Counted from the stretch's first letter, positions 27,604-42,007 are shown. The stretch is DNA of 64,000 bases from the human T2T-CHM13v2.0 reference genome, Homo sapiens (GCF_009914755.1 NC_060927.1), one strand, 5' to 3'. The notes: a model not told the origin generated them from the letters alone. Made by a program: numbers and translations.

Positions 27604-28784
27604 CAGACCAGACACTGTAAGGATCTGGTTTACCCTCCCTGAAAACAACAAAGTCTGAATATAGGCTTGCCTTTAATGTGTTTTGTTCAATCATTCGTTC
27701 AACAGCTTTTATTGACCATCTACTCTCCGCCAGGCCCTGGAGACACAACACTAAAAAAGACAGGCATAGCCCTACTCTGATGGGGCTTACAGTCTGGTTG
27801 AAAGGGCAAGCATTGGGCCAAACACTACCCAGAGAAGTTGCAGGGGATATGAAAGTAAAACTCAGGTGCTTATAGTTCACTCTGTCTGTTCCTGGGACAA
27901 CTGAGGAAAATGGTTAGTTTATGAAGACCACCATTTGTATGGTGAAAGAGAAAACGTCACTGGGGGGACTGCAGAGGTGAGGCTAGATTGCCTACTTCAA
28001 AAATAATGAAACATTTATACAAAGAGGAAGACTACAGAGCTGGGGAGTGAAAGACAACAATGATACCAGTAAAGAAAAGTGCGCAGAAACTAGTGGCAGG
28101 GCTCAGCTGTAAGGTTCTGTAGTGATCACATATGAGGGTGGTAGAAAGGGCATCAGAGCAGTATTGAGGTTTCCGCTGTCTTGGATAACCTAATCCCCAC
28201 ATGCATGCCCACACTTAGGAATATTGTGGGATGGTTGAGCAAACACATGCATGCAATCTGTAAGCATATGTCATGGAGTGTGCAGGGTTTATCAGGCATG
28301 AGGCCCTGAGAAGACTGTGTTACTTCATACCCCACCTGTTGGCTGTGCCAGACCAAGGGGAGAAGAAAGTAATCTAGCACAACTTTCAAAGTCTCACTGT
28401 ATTTACATTTCAGAGATCTACCCCTTAACTAACCTGGGGAAGCCAAAACCACCCAAAGGGACATCATCCCAGGAGATGAATCCCTGGGTCATAGGATATG
28501 AATATTTTTGAGGCTTTTGATACACTTCATCCATTCCATTTTGGCTTCTTATGTTACAGGAATCTCTATGGAAAGGAATTCAGTGTAACACTTTGAATAA
28601 AAAGGACACGCTATATATATATTAAAAGAGCTGCCCTTTATGAATTTGCTAACACATTTTTAGAGACTAAAATGACTAAAATATGGTCTCCATGGCTGTG
28701 TCACATTTTTTTAAATTTCTACTTGCCAACTGGAACATTTTAAAAACTGATGTTGGCCAACTTAATGTGATTATTAAAATAATA

Positions 28785-29095
28785 TTTATCATATCACACC
28801 ATATATAAAAATCAACTCAAAATGGATTAAAAACTTAAACATAAGACCTTGTATTAGTCCATTTTTATGTTGCTATGAAGGAATACCCAAGGCTGGGTAA
28901 TTTACAAAGAAAAAAAGTTTATGTGGCTCTGAAATCAGAACTAAAAAGAAACTAAAATTTACACTAGAGAAGGGGTCTGCAAATCTTTTCTGGTGAATGA
29001 ATAGGCATGGATGTATTCTAATAAAACTTTATTTACATAAATATGCATCAAGCCAAACCTGACCAATGGGCTATACAGTTTGTCAACTCTTGCAG
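28785..29095. mobile_element. Composite of L1 fragment, truncated MST/THE1 LTR end and MER58A fragment
   Basis: 'aaaaatcaactcaaaatggattaaaaacttaaacataagacc' then 'tgtattagtccatt...ggctgggtaattt' then 'ggcatggatgtattctaataaaactttatttac'. Confidence 0.7.
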
Positions 29096-29124
29096 CAAAG
29101 GCAAAAATCAGTTCATAACAATAC

Positions 29125-29481
29125 TGTCTTAGTCTATTTGCTGTTGTTATAACAGAACACCACAGAATGGGTAATTTATAAAGAGAAGAAATTTATTTCT
29201 CACCGTTCTGGAGACTGGGACGTCCAATATGTAGAGGCCAGTATCTAGAAAGGGCATTCTTGCTGCATCCTCCAATGGAGAAAGGGCAAGGAGAGAGCAG
29301 GGGAGAGCACGAGATGGAGTTCACAGCCACAAACCCTTTTATAATCGGCATTAATCCATTCATAAGGGAGGAGCCTGCATGACCTAAACATCTTCCATTA
29401 GGCCCTACCTCTCAACACTGTTGCACTGGGGATTAAGTTTCCAAAACATGAATTTTGGAGGGGCACATTCAAACCACAGCA
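29125..29481 (-). mobile_element. MST/MLT1A-like MaLR solo LTR
   Basis: tgtcttagtc...attcaaaccacagca; perfect 5-bp TSD aatac. Confidence 0.88.
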
Positions 29482-29684
29482 AATACTAACTTGCAGTGTA
29501 TTACAAAGAAATCAGCAATTTAATCCCAAACTGGGAATTGGTGTTAGACAAGATGAAAACCTGGAGACCACAAGAACCAAACTCTGCTAAATTATGTTTG
29601 CAAAACTGGAACCACGTATGTTTGTGTAGTGCTTGTAAAGCCCTCCACAGTTGAGACTCAAAATACCATGGTAGTCGAAACAAC

Positions 29685-30392
29685 ACTGAGCTGGTAATTA
29701 AGCTACTGTCTCCCAGCTCCAAACCCACTTTTTCATGCCATCTTTGTGATGCTAGGGCTGGTGCTCTGTGAACCACATCTCTGCTTTGTCAGCTGCTTCC
29801 TGTTAGGTTCTGCCTATAGGGGGCGCTGGAGGAAAGCTGGGAGGCTGGAGGAGGAAGGCTTGGCCCGTTCCTCCCTGTCTGATTCCTATTGGCTTCCTGC
29901 CCCTGTGAGCGTGACCCAGCCACGCTTCCTCACTCTAGCAACCCCACTTCCTTTCTGTGGCAGCTGCTGAATCCAGTTTGCAGTTCTTTCTGGAACCAGC
30001 CTCATTGTGTTGCCTTAAAGACCCCCAATCCCAGCCTGCCTCTTACCAGACTTCAGAGATTCCAACACCACCTGGACAGTACCAACTCTCAGAGGTCTGG
30101 GTACCAGGCCCTCAACTACCCTCCTCTTGAGCTCAGAGGCCCTAGCACTAGCTATCACCTTGGAGATATAAGTTCAGCCCCACTTGGCCCTTCCTACAAG
30201 CTTCTAAATTTTAATAATCCTAACCCCAGGAATGGCAAATGCCTCCTGCAGTTGCTACTTTCCATGATTCCTTAGTGTTGTCTTACTGCCTTCTCAGTTC
30301 TCTAATATCTGGTTAATAATTTTAAATATTAAATGCTCTCTGTTGAAGTAATTGGTGTAGCTTCTGTCTCTAACTCAGCCCTGACTGATACA
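29685..30392 (+). mobile_element. LTR41 (ERVL) solo LTR with CTCF-like motif at 29810-29828
   Basis: 'ctggtaattaagctactgtctcccagctccaaaccc...ctgcctatagggggcgctgg...ccctgactgataca'. Confidence 0.8.
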
Positions 30393-30689
30393 TAGTCCAG
30401 CAATTTCAAAAATAAGCCAAATCCGTGTTTGTATTTCTTGAACACTATGGAGTGGACACATAATTCTCAATTTTGCTTAAAATCCCATCTGTTGTTCTCA
30501 AATACTACAGCTGTTCCCAGGCCAGACACCTAAAAAGCTCCATCCCCCTAAATTCCTTCTACCCTTAGCTTCTCCTTCCCTTCTGTCTTGCTTCCCTCTT
30601 CCTTTCCTTCTAATTCTCCATCACAAAAGCCCAAGAACCAATCTGCCAAAAAGGCTGTGCATCAGGAGAGCTTTGGGTCCTTTTTTCAG

Positions 30690-31130
30690 GCCAGAGATTA
30701 TGGACTGAAATGTCCACCAGGAAAAAAACTCTGGGCCAGGCACAAGAATTCTGGAATTCCAACACCATCATATCTTGATTGCATACTGCAACTACATTCA
30801 GCCTCAAAGTCAGAGAGAAATGTTGGGTGGTGGGGCCAGTGGGGACTACAGAGTGTGCGTGCTGTCTAGATGCTAGATCTTCAATTTTTCAAGGGAGGCA
30901 AATATATATATTTTTATTTATAAATATATATAAATTAATTTTATATATACTACAATATTTAATATTTAATAATTATGTATTTATAAATTAAATATATACA
31001 ACTTTATGTCAAGATTTCTATGTGAAATCTGCAGGTTCTTAAACATTGGTTATATTTTATTGAACACTCTGTGCAGGTTAAATGAAACTTGCCTCATCCT
31101 GCCTGCATGCCCTCTTTGCTACCACTCTCT
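30690..31130. mobile_element. MER102-like hAT relic with AT-rich insert
   Basis: 'tctagatgctagatcttcaatttttcaagggaggc...atttctatgtgaaatct...aacactctgtgcagg'. Confidence 0.5.
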
Positions 31131-31291
31131 ATACCAGCCCCAAATGGACCCAATATAGTCCATTTTCTTGACAAAGATTTGACGATTGAAACTATTTATT
31201 AGTAGCCACCTACAGAGCTCCAATAAATAATAGCAAACCCAAGGTAAACAGGATTCTTTACCCTACCACTTTTCTAAGATACCACCAAAAT

Positions 31292-31394
31292 GAAAGAAAG
31301 GAAGGAAGGAAGGAAGGAAGGAAAGAAGGAAGGAAGGAAGGAAGGAAGGAAGGAAGGAAGGAAGGAAGGAAAGAAAGAAAGAAGGAAAGAAAGA
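31292..31394. repeat. (GAAG)n/(GAAA)n microsatellite
   Basis: Directly visible. Confidence 0.95.
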
Positions 31395-31961
31395 AGGAAA
31401 GAAAGAAAGAAAGAATTTAGTAACAGAAGATGCTACCTGATTTAAACCCTCAAAAAATCTGTGATTCAACTTAAAAAAATTAACAGAAGAAAATAGCTCT
31501 CTAAAGCAAAGCTTTTAGAGTTTATTTTAGAAGAAGGTGGTAGTGCTACATTATTTTTTAAGTAATATTTACAGAACAGTTTGTTCTGGAGTTCTAAATG
31601 ACACAAATAGAGCAGGCCTGGTGTACACACACCAAAATGGTGACAACGAAATTAGGGCTTGATCCGGTGATAAATTACCCTCTGCTCATCTCACGAACAC
31701 CTAAGGCTCCAAAATGGAGAAGGCATCATTTGAATAAGTGAACCATTGGCTACAAATAAGGGCACACACCCACTTACCCCCACCAACCCTCCACATACAA
31801 TTACCCAATCTCTAAGAGAAAGACACGCTGGCTCTATAATTACCAGATGTGAACTAAGAAACTATGCCCTTTTAAAAGCTTAGCTATATTTCCCAATCAC
31901 ACTTTACTCAGCCTCAGAGCAAACTCCAAAGCAGTATGATGCCTGCTCCTGAAAAGTCTAA

Positions 31962-32482
<521 letters not shown>

Positions 32483-33851
32483 ATGTCTAGCCCAGAACAA
32501 CGTCCAAATCTACCTGCTGGGGGACAAAGCAATATCACTGATGCTAGAATTTGGGGGACAGGAGGTGGATATAATTTCATATTCCTTATCCCAACATGTC
32601 ACTGTGTGTTATTAGTGCAGAAGGAAAAAAATAAAATTTTTCACAGCCAACTGTTTTGTTTAGCTTCAACAGGGGCTTATTGTCAACTACAATAGAAGCT
32701 GGCCTATCTAAAATCTGCAACCTCACTTTCCAAGAGCCAAAAAGGAATTTGTAAATGGCCTCTGCAGAGTTCACACGGTTGGCATATGAGCCTTATTCAT
32801 ATAGTAGGCCATGCCTAAAGACTCCATGGAGACCTATTGTATCTTCAGTCTGTTGACTCTTACTTGACACAAAATTCTAACCAACCTGGTTGATTTTAAA
32901 GTTTACAGCTCAAACTCAGGAAATTCCAGTATGAAGACAAATCAAAGGCACTTGGAAAAGAAGAGGATATATATATATATATACAGTGAAATGCTCATGG
33001 TAGAGACACCAAATGCTGAAGAGAGAGATGCATTAAAGAAATGAAGAAGAGTCCATGAGCCCATTGCTCAAAGAAGGCCTTCAAGGGACAGTGCAACTTG
33101 TCAAAAGCCAGAACAGACTGGAGCCAAGTAAAAAAGGAGAGCATGGAAACAGGCAGTACACTAGGATCAATAGAAAAGGAACCAACTGGAACAATCCAGA
33201 GTGGCAAAAAGGCCATGATTCTCATGCTGTTGGAGTGGCAGCTGATGTTTATCATGGACTTACACATTCAGTCTTGGTGCAAAGTGCTTTATCTGCTTTC
33301 TCTTATTCAATACTCTCAGCAACCCTATGAAGCAGGCTTTATGTAAATTTTACAGGTGAGACTACAAAAGCTTAGAGAGTTCAAGCCCAAGGTCACCTTG
33401 CTAGGAAGAGGGATAGCCAGAATTGAACTTCAGGTCCGCCTAGTTCCAAAGCCTGCCCTGGGGTGGAGGAGAGGGAGAGGCAGACAGAGGAAAGAAAAAG
33501 GATGATACTATTAATGGTATTTAATAGTATTTTGTTACAGCAGCCTAGGTAAACTAACAACCCCATTTAACAGATGAAGAAACAGAGCAATTCTTTAAAA
33601 CATTCATTCTAAAAAAGAAGAAAAAAAACTTTCCCAGTGGAAGATAAAACTAGGGGTATTTGACAGGCAAAATGACTCCCCTTGTAACAGAACACTGCGA
33701 AGGAAAATTAAGCAGAACTACTAGATGACATAAAATAACTGACCATTTGTACGCATCCTTTTTCTTTCTTTTCATATTTGAAATAACATAACTTGCAGTA
33801 AGATCAGCAAAGGGAAAATCTCTGTAACAAAATTTCATTTATAGACCATAC

Positions 33852-33899
33852 CCATGAAAAGTTTAAGCTTGACACTGATACAGGGCAGGGCATCATCAC
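33852..33899 (-). other. Candidate 48-nt exon
   Basis: About 50-nt polypyrimidine tract plus tttcag|G acceptor; TGG|gtatgg donor; unique flanks. Confidence 0.45.
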
Positions 33900-34149
33900 C
33901 TGAAAGAAAGGGAAAGAGAGACAGAAAGAAAAAAAGAAAAAGAAAGAAAGAAAACTAACAACCCAGAAAACTAAGCAGCTCATTACATGTTCTCTTCCAA
34001 ATTCTGTAGAACCACACTTGAAGTGACAGATGTGAAGAGGAAGGAGGTTCACACTCAGAAAGGCAGGAGAACTATTTTGGGGAGGTTTGTTGGAGGAGGT
34101 GGCAGAGTGCCTAGAGAACTAGTGCACAGATGTAGCTCTGGCATGTGTA

Positions 34150-34945
34150 TCCATCCATTCATTCATTCATGCATACATGCATGCATGCAGCCAACATTTA
34201 CTGAGACCCTACTATGACTCATCAACAGAAGATGGAGATACTGTAGGGAACCAGACATAGTCTCTGCCCTTAAGAAACTCACAATCTGCTGGGCAATTAC
34301 AGACACGTAATAAGTCAATGAATAGTCCTCATAATGGGGACTTTAGGAACTAAGCATGAGATACGGGGAGTAGAGGAAGGCTTCTTGGATGTGACATGTG
34401 AGTCTTGAAGTGGAGAATAACCAAGGAAAGAAGTGGAAGGAAGGCTGGAGAGATTACCAGGGACAGGGTTTTGCATGCCACAATGAGATCTTTACATTTT
34501 ATCCTGAAAGGAATGGAAAGCCATTCAAGATTCATTATCCGGATAATTACATGTCCAGATTAACATTAAAAAATAAAAATCTAGAGACAATGTAGATAAC
34601 AGCGTGGAAAGATATTTAGACTGGAGGCAGGTCAAGAGACTACTGTATTATCTAGGCTAGAAATATTAAAACCTAAACTAAGGTGGGGATGGGGGAAAGT
34701 GAAAAAGAGGAAACCAAGTTAAGAGACACTTAGGAGACAGCATCAGTAGGCATTTGGCACTGATTTGTACAGGGGTTACAAAGAAGACAAAAGAAGAATG
34801 GCCTCAAAGTGTGTGATTTGATTGTGGTACAGCTAGGATGCTGGAGACATTCCCTAAGAACAGAGGACACAGGACAAGATTGCGGGGAGGTGGCAAGCTC
34901 AGACTTGAACATGTTGAATTTAAAGTGTCTTTGTCTGGAGGTCCT
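34150..34945 (-). mobile_element. L2 relic
   Basis: 'cattcattcattc...aacatttactgag...acttgaacatgttgaatttaaagtgtct'. Confidence 0.75.
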
Positions 34946-34974
34946 AGTCATTGGTGTCTCTGTGTTGCACCCAC

Positions 34975-35543
34975 TGTATTAGTTATATATTGCTACATAA
35001 GGATATTACCACAAATCTAGCAGTTAAAACAACACACAAATATTTATTTCAGTTTCTGTGGATCAGGAGTCTAAATATGACTTAGCCAGTTCCTCTGCAA
35101 GGGTGTAATCAAGGTGTCAGGCAGGGTTGGGTTTTCGTCTGAAGTTCAACTGGGGAAGGCTCCATTTCCTAGGTCACATGGTTGTTGGCACCATTCAGTA
35201 CTTTGCAGACTGCCAGACTGAGGGCCCTAGTTTCTTGCTTGCTTTTGATTGGAGATTACCCTACCCTCTTTGCCACATAGCCCTCTCCATAGGCAGCTAA
35301 CAATGTGGCAGCTTTCTTCTTCAAATCTGGCAAAAAAAAGAAACTCCTTCCAAGCCAGACATTACAATCTTACGTAACATGATCATGTGCATACTATCAC
35401 ATTTGCCATATTCTACTGGTTAGAAGCAAGTCACAGAGCCTGCCTCAGGGCAGAGGATCACAAAAAGGCATGAGTCTAGGAGGCAAGGGTCATGGGGTCT
35501 GTTAGAGTCTGTTAGAAGGGTCCTTAGAGCCTGTTTCACCACA
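34975..35543 (-). mobile_element. MLT1D-like MaLR LTR
   Basis: 'tgtattagttatatattgct...cagtttctgtggatcaggagtct...ttagaagcaagtcaca...caccaca'. Confidence 0.8.
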
Positions 35544-35807
35544 TCCATTTTCATTTAGTCTCCAAAAGTTAGAAACCCTTAGACCTGCTTTCTTACCTCC
35601 TATGGTCCCATGGCCTAAGCAACTAGATACTGAATTGTATGCAAATATAGATCTACAACCCATCCATCCCTCTCAGTTCAATCTCTTTCATGAAGCTGTC
35701 CCAAGGAGGCTCTCCTCTCTCTCTCTCCATTCTGATCTCATAGCACTTAAAATCTAAAGTAATGGCTTCGAGAATTTGAGTGTCAGAAAACTAAATATCC
35801 CCCAAAA

Positions 35808-36240
35808 GGAACCAACCCAAATGTCCATCAGTGATACACTGGATTAAGAAAATGTGGCACATATACACCATGGAATACTATGCAGCCATAAAAAATGATG
35901 AGTTCATGTCCTTTATAGGGACATGGATGAAGCTGGAAACCATCATTCTAAGCAAACTATCGCAAGGACAAAAAACCAAACACCACATGTTCTCACTCAT
36001 AGGTGGGAATTGAACAATGAGAACACTTGGACACAGGGAGGGGAACATCACACACCAGGGCCTGTTGTGGGGTGGGGGGAGGGGGGAGGGATAGCATTAG
36101 GAGGTATACCTAATGTAAATGATGAGTTAATGGGTGCAGCACGCCAACATGGCACATGTATACATATGTAACAAACCCTCACGTTGTGCACATGTACCCT
36201 AGAACTTAACGTATAATAAAATATATATATATATATATAA
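35808..36240 (+). mobile_element. L1PA (about PA5-7) 3' end, 5'-truncated, (AT)n tail
   Basis: ORF2 C-terminal peptide WIKKMWHIYTMEYYAAIKNDEFMSF...; G-rich 3' UTR; 'atgtaccctagaactta'. Confidence 0.92.
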
Positions 36241-36773
36241 AGAAATAATAATAGCTGTCATGTATTAAATGCTTACTATATTTTACTCACTATACTGGAA
36301 ACCAAATATGCAATATCTCATTTAATCCTTATAATGATAATAAATTAAGGGTACATATTATTCCAATTTTACCAATGGGAAAACTGAGGCATAGAGAGGC
36401 TAAGACACTCACCCAAAGTCAGATAGCTAATAAGTGGCAGGAATCAGGCAGCCTGACTCCAGAGCCCACACTCAAAGCTAGCCCAGGCACTTAGATATCA
36501 CCAGTTACATTTTTACGATCTTCTGAATGAGAAAATACAAAATAGCTAAAAGCTACTTTGAATCCAGTAACAGTTTTAAATACAATTTTCCAACACACTA
36601 GTATCTACAAACATTTGCAAAAAGCTGTATGTACATGTGCAAGCATTTATTCTCTCCACAGACAATGGGGATTGGCGACCATTCGCAGAGCCTCACAGCC
36701 CTTCCTACATGGCTCTTCGCTGGGCACCAGTTGCCACTGCCACATTCTTTTGGTACCTGGATTGTAATGTACA

Positions 36774-36989
36774 TCAGCAATTCTCAAACAGGGGCAATTT
36801 TGCTCCCAGGAGACATCTGGCACTGTCTGGATACATTTTTTATTGTCATGGTTAGGGAGGGGGTGCTAATGGCATCTAGTAGGTAGAGGCCAGGGATGCC
36901 GCTAGACCTCTTACAATGCACAGGGCAGTCCCCCATAACAAGGGATTATCCAGCCCAAAGTATCAATGGTACTGATCTTGAGAAATCCT
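36774..36989 (+). mobile_element. MER20 hAT MITE
   Basis: 'ttctcaaacaggggcaattttgctccc...ggcatctagtaggtagaggccagggatgc...ttgagaaatcct'. Confidence 0.88.
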
Positions 36990-37700
36990 AATATGTATCA
37001 CTGTAAAATGCTCTACTTCTCTCATACATATTTGTCCTAACTCTCCAAGATAAACCTCTATGCCATCAGAGCAGGAACTACATGATACCCATGTCACTCC
37101 ACCTTTCCCAGCCTATGCCTAAGTTCCCAAACACGGGAAGTGTCCAAGAGATACTTTTTGAATTGAAATTTATTTCAAAGAAATTCTAGGCTTTACTTCT
37201 ACAAGACCTAGTTATTCAATGATTAACACATTCCCTCCAAATTAAGAACTTCTAGTTTGAATTTACTGAAGGCTAATTTACTTCTGGAGTTAACACAGCC
37301 CTCCCCAGCAGCCTCCGGCACCTGTATGTTTGAATTAGCAAATAAATCTCTGGTTTAGAAAAATCAGATAAATGAAACAATATGCAGAATTGAGACAAAT
37401 AGGGAGATACAGAAACATCATCAAATGCCAAGGACTGGAAGGTGCCTATTTCCTAATGCAACCACTCTCCCCTTAAACAAAGGCAAGGGCATGCAAATGA
37501 ACTAGGGTCCAAAAATGATCCTTTTCTTTTTTAATCACAAATCATTGTGAGTGAAGAGAACATTGTTCTGAAGCACATCAGATATATTTGCTGAATGATG
37601 AATGAGCCCCTGTTGTTTGTTAGCACAAGTGGGAGTTATGTGTATATTAAGATGAGAACACACTATAATTCTAAGAAGGAAAAGGAGCTATTATTTCACC

Positions 37701-38025
<325 letters not shown>

Positions 38026-39414
38026 TATTTCACTTTTCAACATACAGAAATTTAAACTCATATTCCAGACGATGAGTCAGATGACTCCTCCATCCAATGA
38101 ATTTTGTACAATGTAGGCAAATATTGCATTGTGTATTTCCACACCTCTATGACTCAATCTTAGGGTAAAGTCTGGTTCCTCTTTCCCTCTCAGATAAACA
38201 AAAAACAAGTCCATTGAATCCCAGAATAACTTGAAACCTTTGGGACCTGCCTACACTGCTGAGAAGGCTCTGAAATTGTTCTGTCTGCTCCAGCACCGTA
38301 CTTTCCATGGAGAGGTGATGAATCAGACTGGACAGGACCACAGGGTCTCTGAAATTCCTCAGGAGAATCTTGATTACACCCAATTAGTGAGACCATATAC
38401 AGAAGCCCGGTGAATCAGACGGCCTCACAACCCAGCAGGTCAGCAGGGCTAGAAAACCAAGGCCATTAGCTCCTGCTGTGTCCTACCTCTCAAAGAATCA
38501 AATCCAAGCTGGTTGTGAAAAACAATGGCCATTTTATACAATCAGTCCCAGATTATTTTTAAGGGGGATGTGAGAGATTCAAAGCAGTGGAGAACACCAA
38601 AGTCACTAATAGTCACATTTAGAATCCACCAGAGGTTGTTTTTTGAAATGAAAAATCTGACTTCTCAAATACAATTTTCCTAGGCTGATTTAAACATTTC
38701 TCCCAAGCTCTCTGGGCCAAATAGCATCAGAAAACAGTAATACAGGTATGTACGAGGGCCTGGGGTAAAGTGGCCTGGGCTGAAGTTCATCTGAGCATTG
38801 GCCTGGTTCTATAAGGTTGGTAAGCTCATGTAGGTGGACGGAGCCCCTGGCTAAGGCCTGGTTCAAAGTTTGAGTTGGCATGTAGTTGGCATCTGACTAT
38901 ACCCTGTCGTTCATTCATTCACATCCGACTCCTGAGCTCAGACCTCAATACCTCCCAGGAGTTAGCCCTCTCTTGATTCATTCCACCTACACTGGTCAAG
39001 CATCTACTCTCACATGTAAGGCCTTTATTCTGGCCTTTCCTTCCTTTCCTGGTGCCTACATACCCAGATTTTACGCATTCTCCACAATTCTGTGGTCCAA
39101 ATCCAAGTGAACCTCCTCTAAGAAGCTAACCCTGACCAACTCCAGCTAACACAGTCTCACAATATTCTCCGGATACCAGACATCAGAGCAGCTGTTTGTT
39201 GAGCTCAGATGATACTCCAGGTACCATGCCCAACATTTCACATAACTGATCTGGTTTAATTTTCCTATGCTGGGTAAATATCACTACCCCCACTTTATTG
39301 ATGAGCAAACTGAGACTCTAAGGAAAAGCATCTTGCCCAGATTTCACAGCTAATAAATAATGGAGCTGGAACACAAACCCACAACTGTCTGACAGTAGAG
39401 TTTAGGCATGAAAT

Positions 39415-39535
39415 CAGGGGTCAGCCAACTCTTCTGTAAACAAGCAGATAGTAAATATTTTTTGCAGGCCTCACATTCTCTACTGCAACCTCTCAACTCT
39501 GCCTGTCATTGTAGTGCAAAAGCAGCCATGCTTCT
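39415..39535 (+). mobile_element. MER58A fragment
   Basis: 'caggggtcagccaactcttctgtaaa...atagtaaatattt...tgtagtgcaaaagcagcca'. Confidence 0.75.
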
Positions 39536-41044
39536 ATATTTCAAAATGAAAAATCTATGTTTCTGTATGAAACATCCTCCTGCATAGAGTCAAAGGGCTC
39601 TAAGCCCCTTAGCAGTTCTCCTCTCACCCCAGTGCACACAGCTCTGGACTTACCCACAGTAACAGCAACCTTTACTGGGGGCCTGTTAGAAGCCAGACTC
39701 TTCCCAAAGACCTCACAACAATCCTTACACAAGGCAGAGGCCATTAATTTCTATTCTCACGTGAGCCAGTGAGCTTTGAGAAGTGAAGGAACTTCACAAG
39801 CTTGCCCCAGCAGTGAGGTGTGGCCTGGAACTTGATCCCAGGCAGTCTGACTTAACAACCACAACTTCCACCTCTACAGCCTGCATAGGCCCAGGCTGAC
39901 TACAGCTGGAGCTGGCACCTCTTCAGCTTGAGCTCCCAGCACAGGGTCCTGGTCTCCTGGATGCTCTGCTGCCCATGTGTGTCCACAGGAGAAAGTTACA
40001 GGGTTGCTGCAGCCTCTGGCTTCTGACGTGGGTCTCACAGACTGGCAGTCAGACCTACAGAGTGTACCGCTAATGGCTTTAAACAAGCAGAAATCATATT
40101 CAGCTAACTAAAGATCAAGGGCCATTGCAAAACGCCTGATTTCATATTCCATTGTTAAACTTTAATGAGCCATTACATCCACTGGAATGAATGATCTAGT
40201 ATGTCATATCCCATAACATAATTTTTAAAAGTCTAAATAAATACTGCAAGCCTCAAGGAAATCACTTCACAGAGCCTCTTCCATTTATGGCCCCCACTCC
40301 AGGTGTGCCTGAATCTATTCTGAGGCACCAACCTGCCACATCAAACGACATCATCCTTATAATGTTTCCTTTTCCACCAGACTCCTTCTGCCCTAATTGT
40401 GCAAATAATGGATAAAGACAAGCCCCATACCGGCTAAGCAGAGAAAGGGGGAATGGGTCCTGATAACAAAGTAATCAATCCTTGCTCTCCCTGTGGGTTG
40501 ATATGTTTTCCAGTGGCGCATACATGAGTTTCAGAGTCAGAAAATGAGTTTATTGTTGGAATGAACTTGAACCTTAGTAATCCTCAGGTTCCTCATCTAG
40601 AACATGAGAACAGAAATGACTATGGCATAGGTTTCTGATTACACCGAACAATATTTCTAAAGTGACTGACCCAAGCACTAGTCCCCATCCTCCTCTCTTT
40701 CCTCTTATATATTTTATTTTTAAACCACATGAAATGGAATAATTATCATAGTGTCTGTTGTTTTACTTTCCATACATATTCTTTTAAACTTCCAAATAGT
40801 TCCTAGCATGAAGTAGAAGAGGCACTATGACATAATTATGTTGGAAATGCCTACAGAGGTGGTCTTCTGAGTTTTTTTTAGGTCTGCAATTAAGTGTATG
40901 AAATAGTTAATAGGTCAAAAGCCTACTTCAATCTAGCTTACATAGTCAGTGTGGTACGTAATGCAACTATCACCTAACTGACCACACATAGCTTGGTTTC
41001 TAAAAGGCAATAACATCCAAAAATGTGCAACAGATACACACTCA

Positions 41045-41295
41045 GGCTGGTGGCTTAGGCCAGGGGGCCTAAAGCCAGATTCCTCAGTTCAAATCTCAAC
41101 TCTGCCACTTAGTAACTGTGGATGTGGGCAAATCTGTAGTCTCTCCAAGCCTTGGTATCCTCATCTGCAATATGGGATAATGGTGCTTGCCTCATGAGCT
41201 TGTTGTGAGGATGAAGTGAGATAATCCATGTAAGACGTTTAATATACTACTTGACTCCTTGTAAGGATTCAATACCTGTAGGTTATTATTCTTAG
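41045..41295 (+). mobile_element. MIR SINE
   Basis: 'ttcaaatctcaactctgccacttagtaactgtg...cctcatctgcaatatggggataat'. Confidence 0.8.
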
Positions 41296-42007
41296 TGTCA
41301 CTATTAATGCTGACTTGTCATCACTGAGGTGATCCTAAAGAATATGCAATTCTGGAAGAAGAGCTGAAAGAGAATGAAAAGCAATAAAATTGCAGAGCAA
41401 TAAAATCACTGGGTAGGGTAGATGGCCTAAGGTGACACTTAAGGGGCTAACTCAGTTGACAGAAATGTATTTTAACATGTGTGTACGTGTGCATGAATTT
41501 GCAAAAGTGTACACATGTGCAAAATCTGGCATATCTGCTAAAAGCCCCATCACAATATCATCATGCCTCATGTATCTAACCAGAGTGGGGAGTCTATCAC
41601 AGAACAACTGTCAAGTTAAAACTGGATCATCACTGTCCAAATGAAGGCAACTTCTCAATTTCCTTTTTCCTTTCTCTACTTCTTGTCACCCTCCCACAAA
41701 TGAATATGATTACCCATGCCAAGAATATACAGCTTAGAAATAAGATCAGGAAGAAAAGCAAAAATGAAAAAGAAAGGCCTAGGAGAACAGGAAAGCAGAG
41801 AAAGTGATTAAAAAGCAGAACCACTTGACTGACAATCATTCATACAATAAACAAACTCTGTCAGCTGCTCTACAACAAATATTCTATTAACTGCTCAATG
41901 TTGTTGTCTCTAATTCTTAGAACCAGTGTACAAAATAGACATTATTATTCCCATTAGACAGAACAGGAAACCAAGACAAAGTGACTTGCCCAAGGCCACA
42001 TGGCCAG

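Noticed and set aside
36068-36090. G-quadruplex-like run (also at 60835-60856)
   Set aside because: Standard L1 3' UTR G-tract, not specific to this locus.
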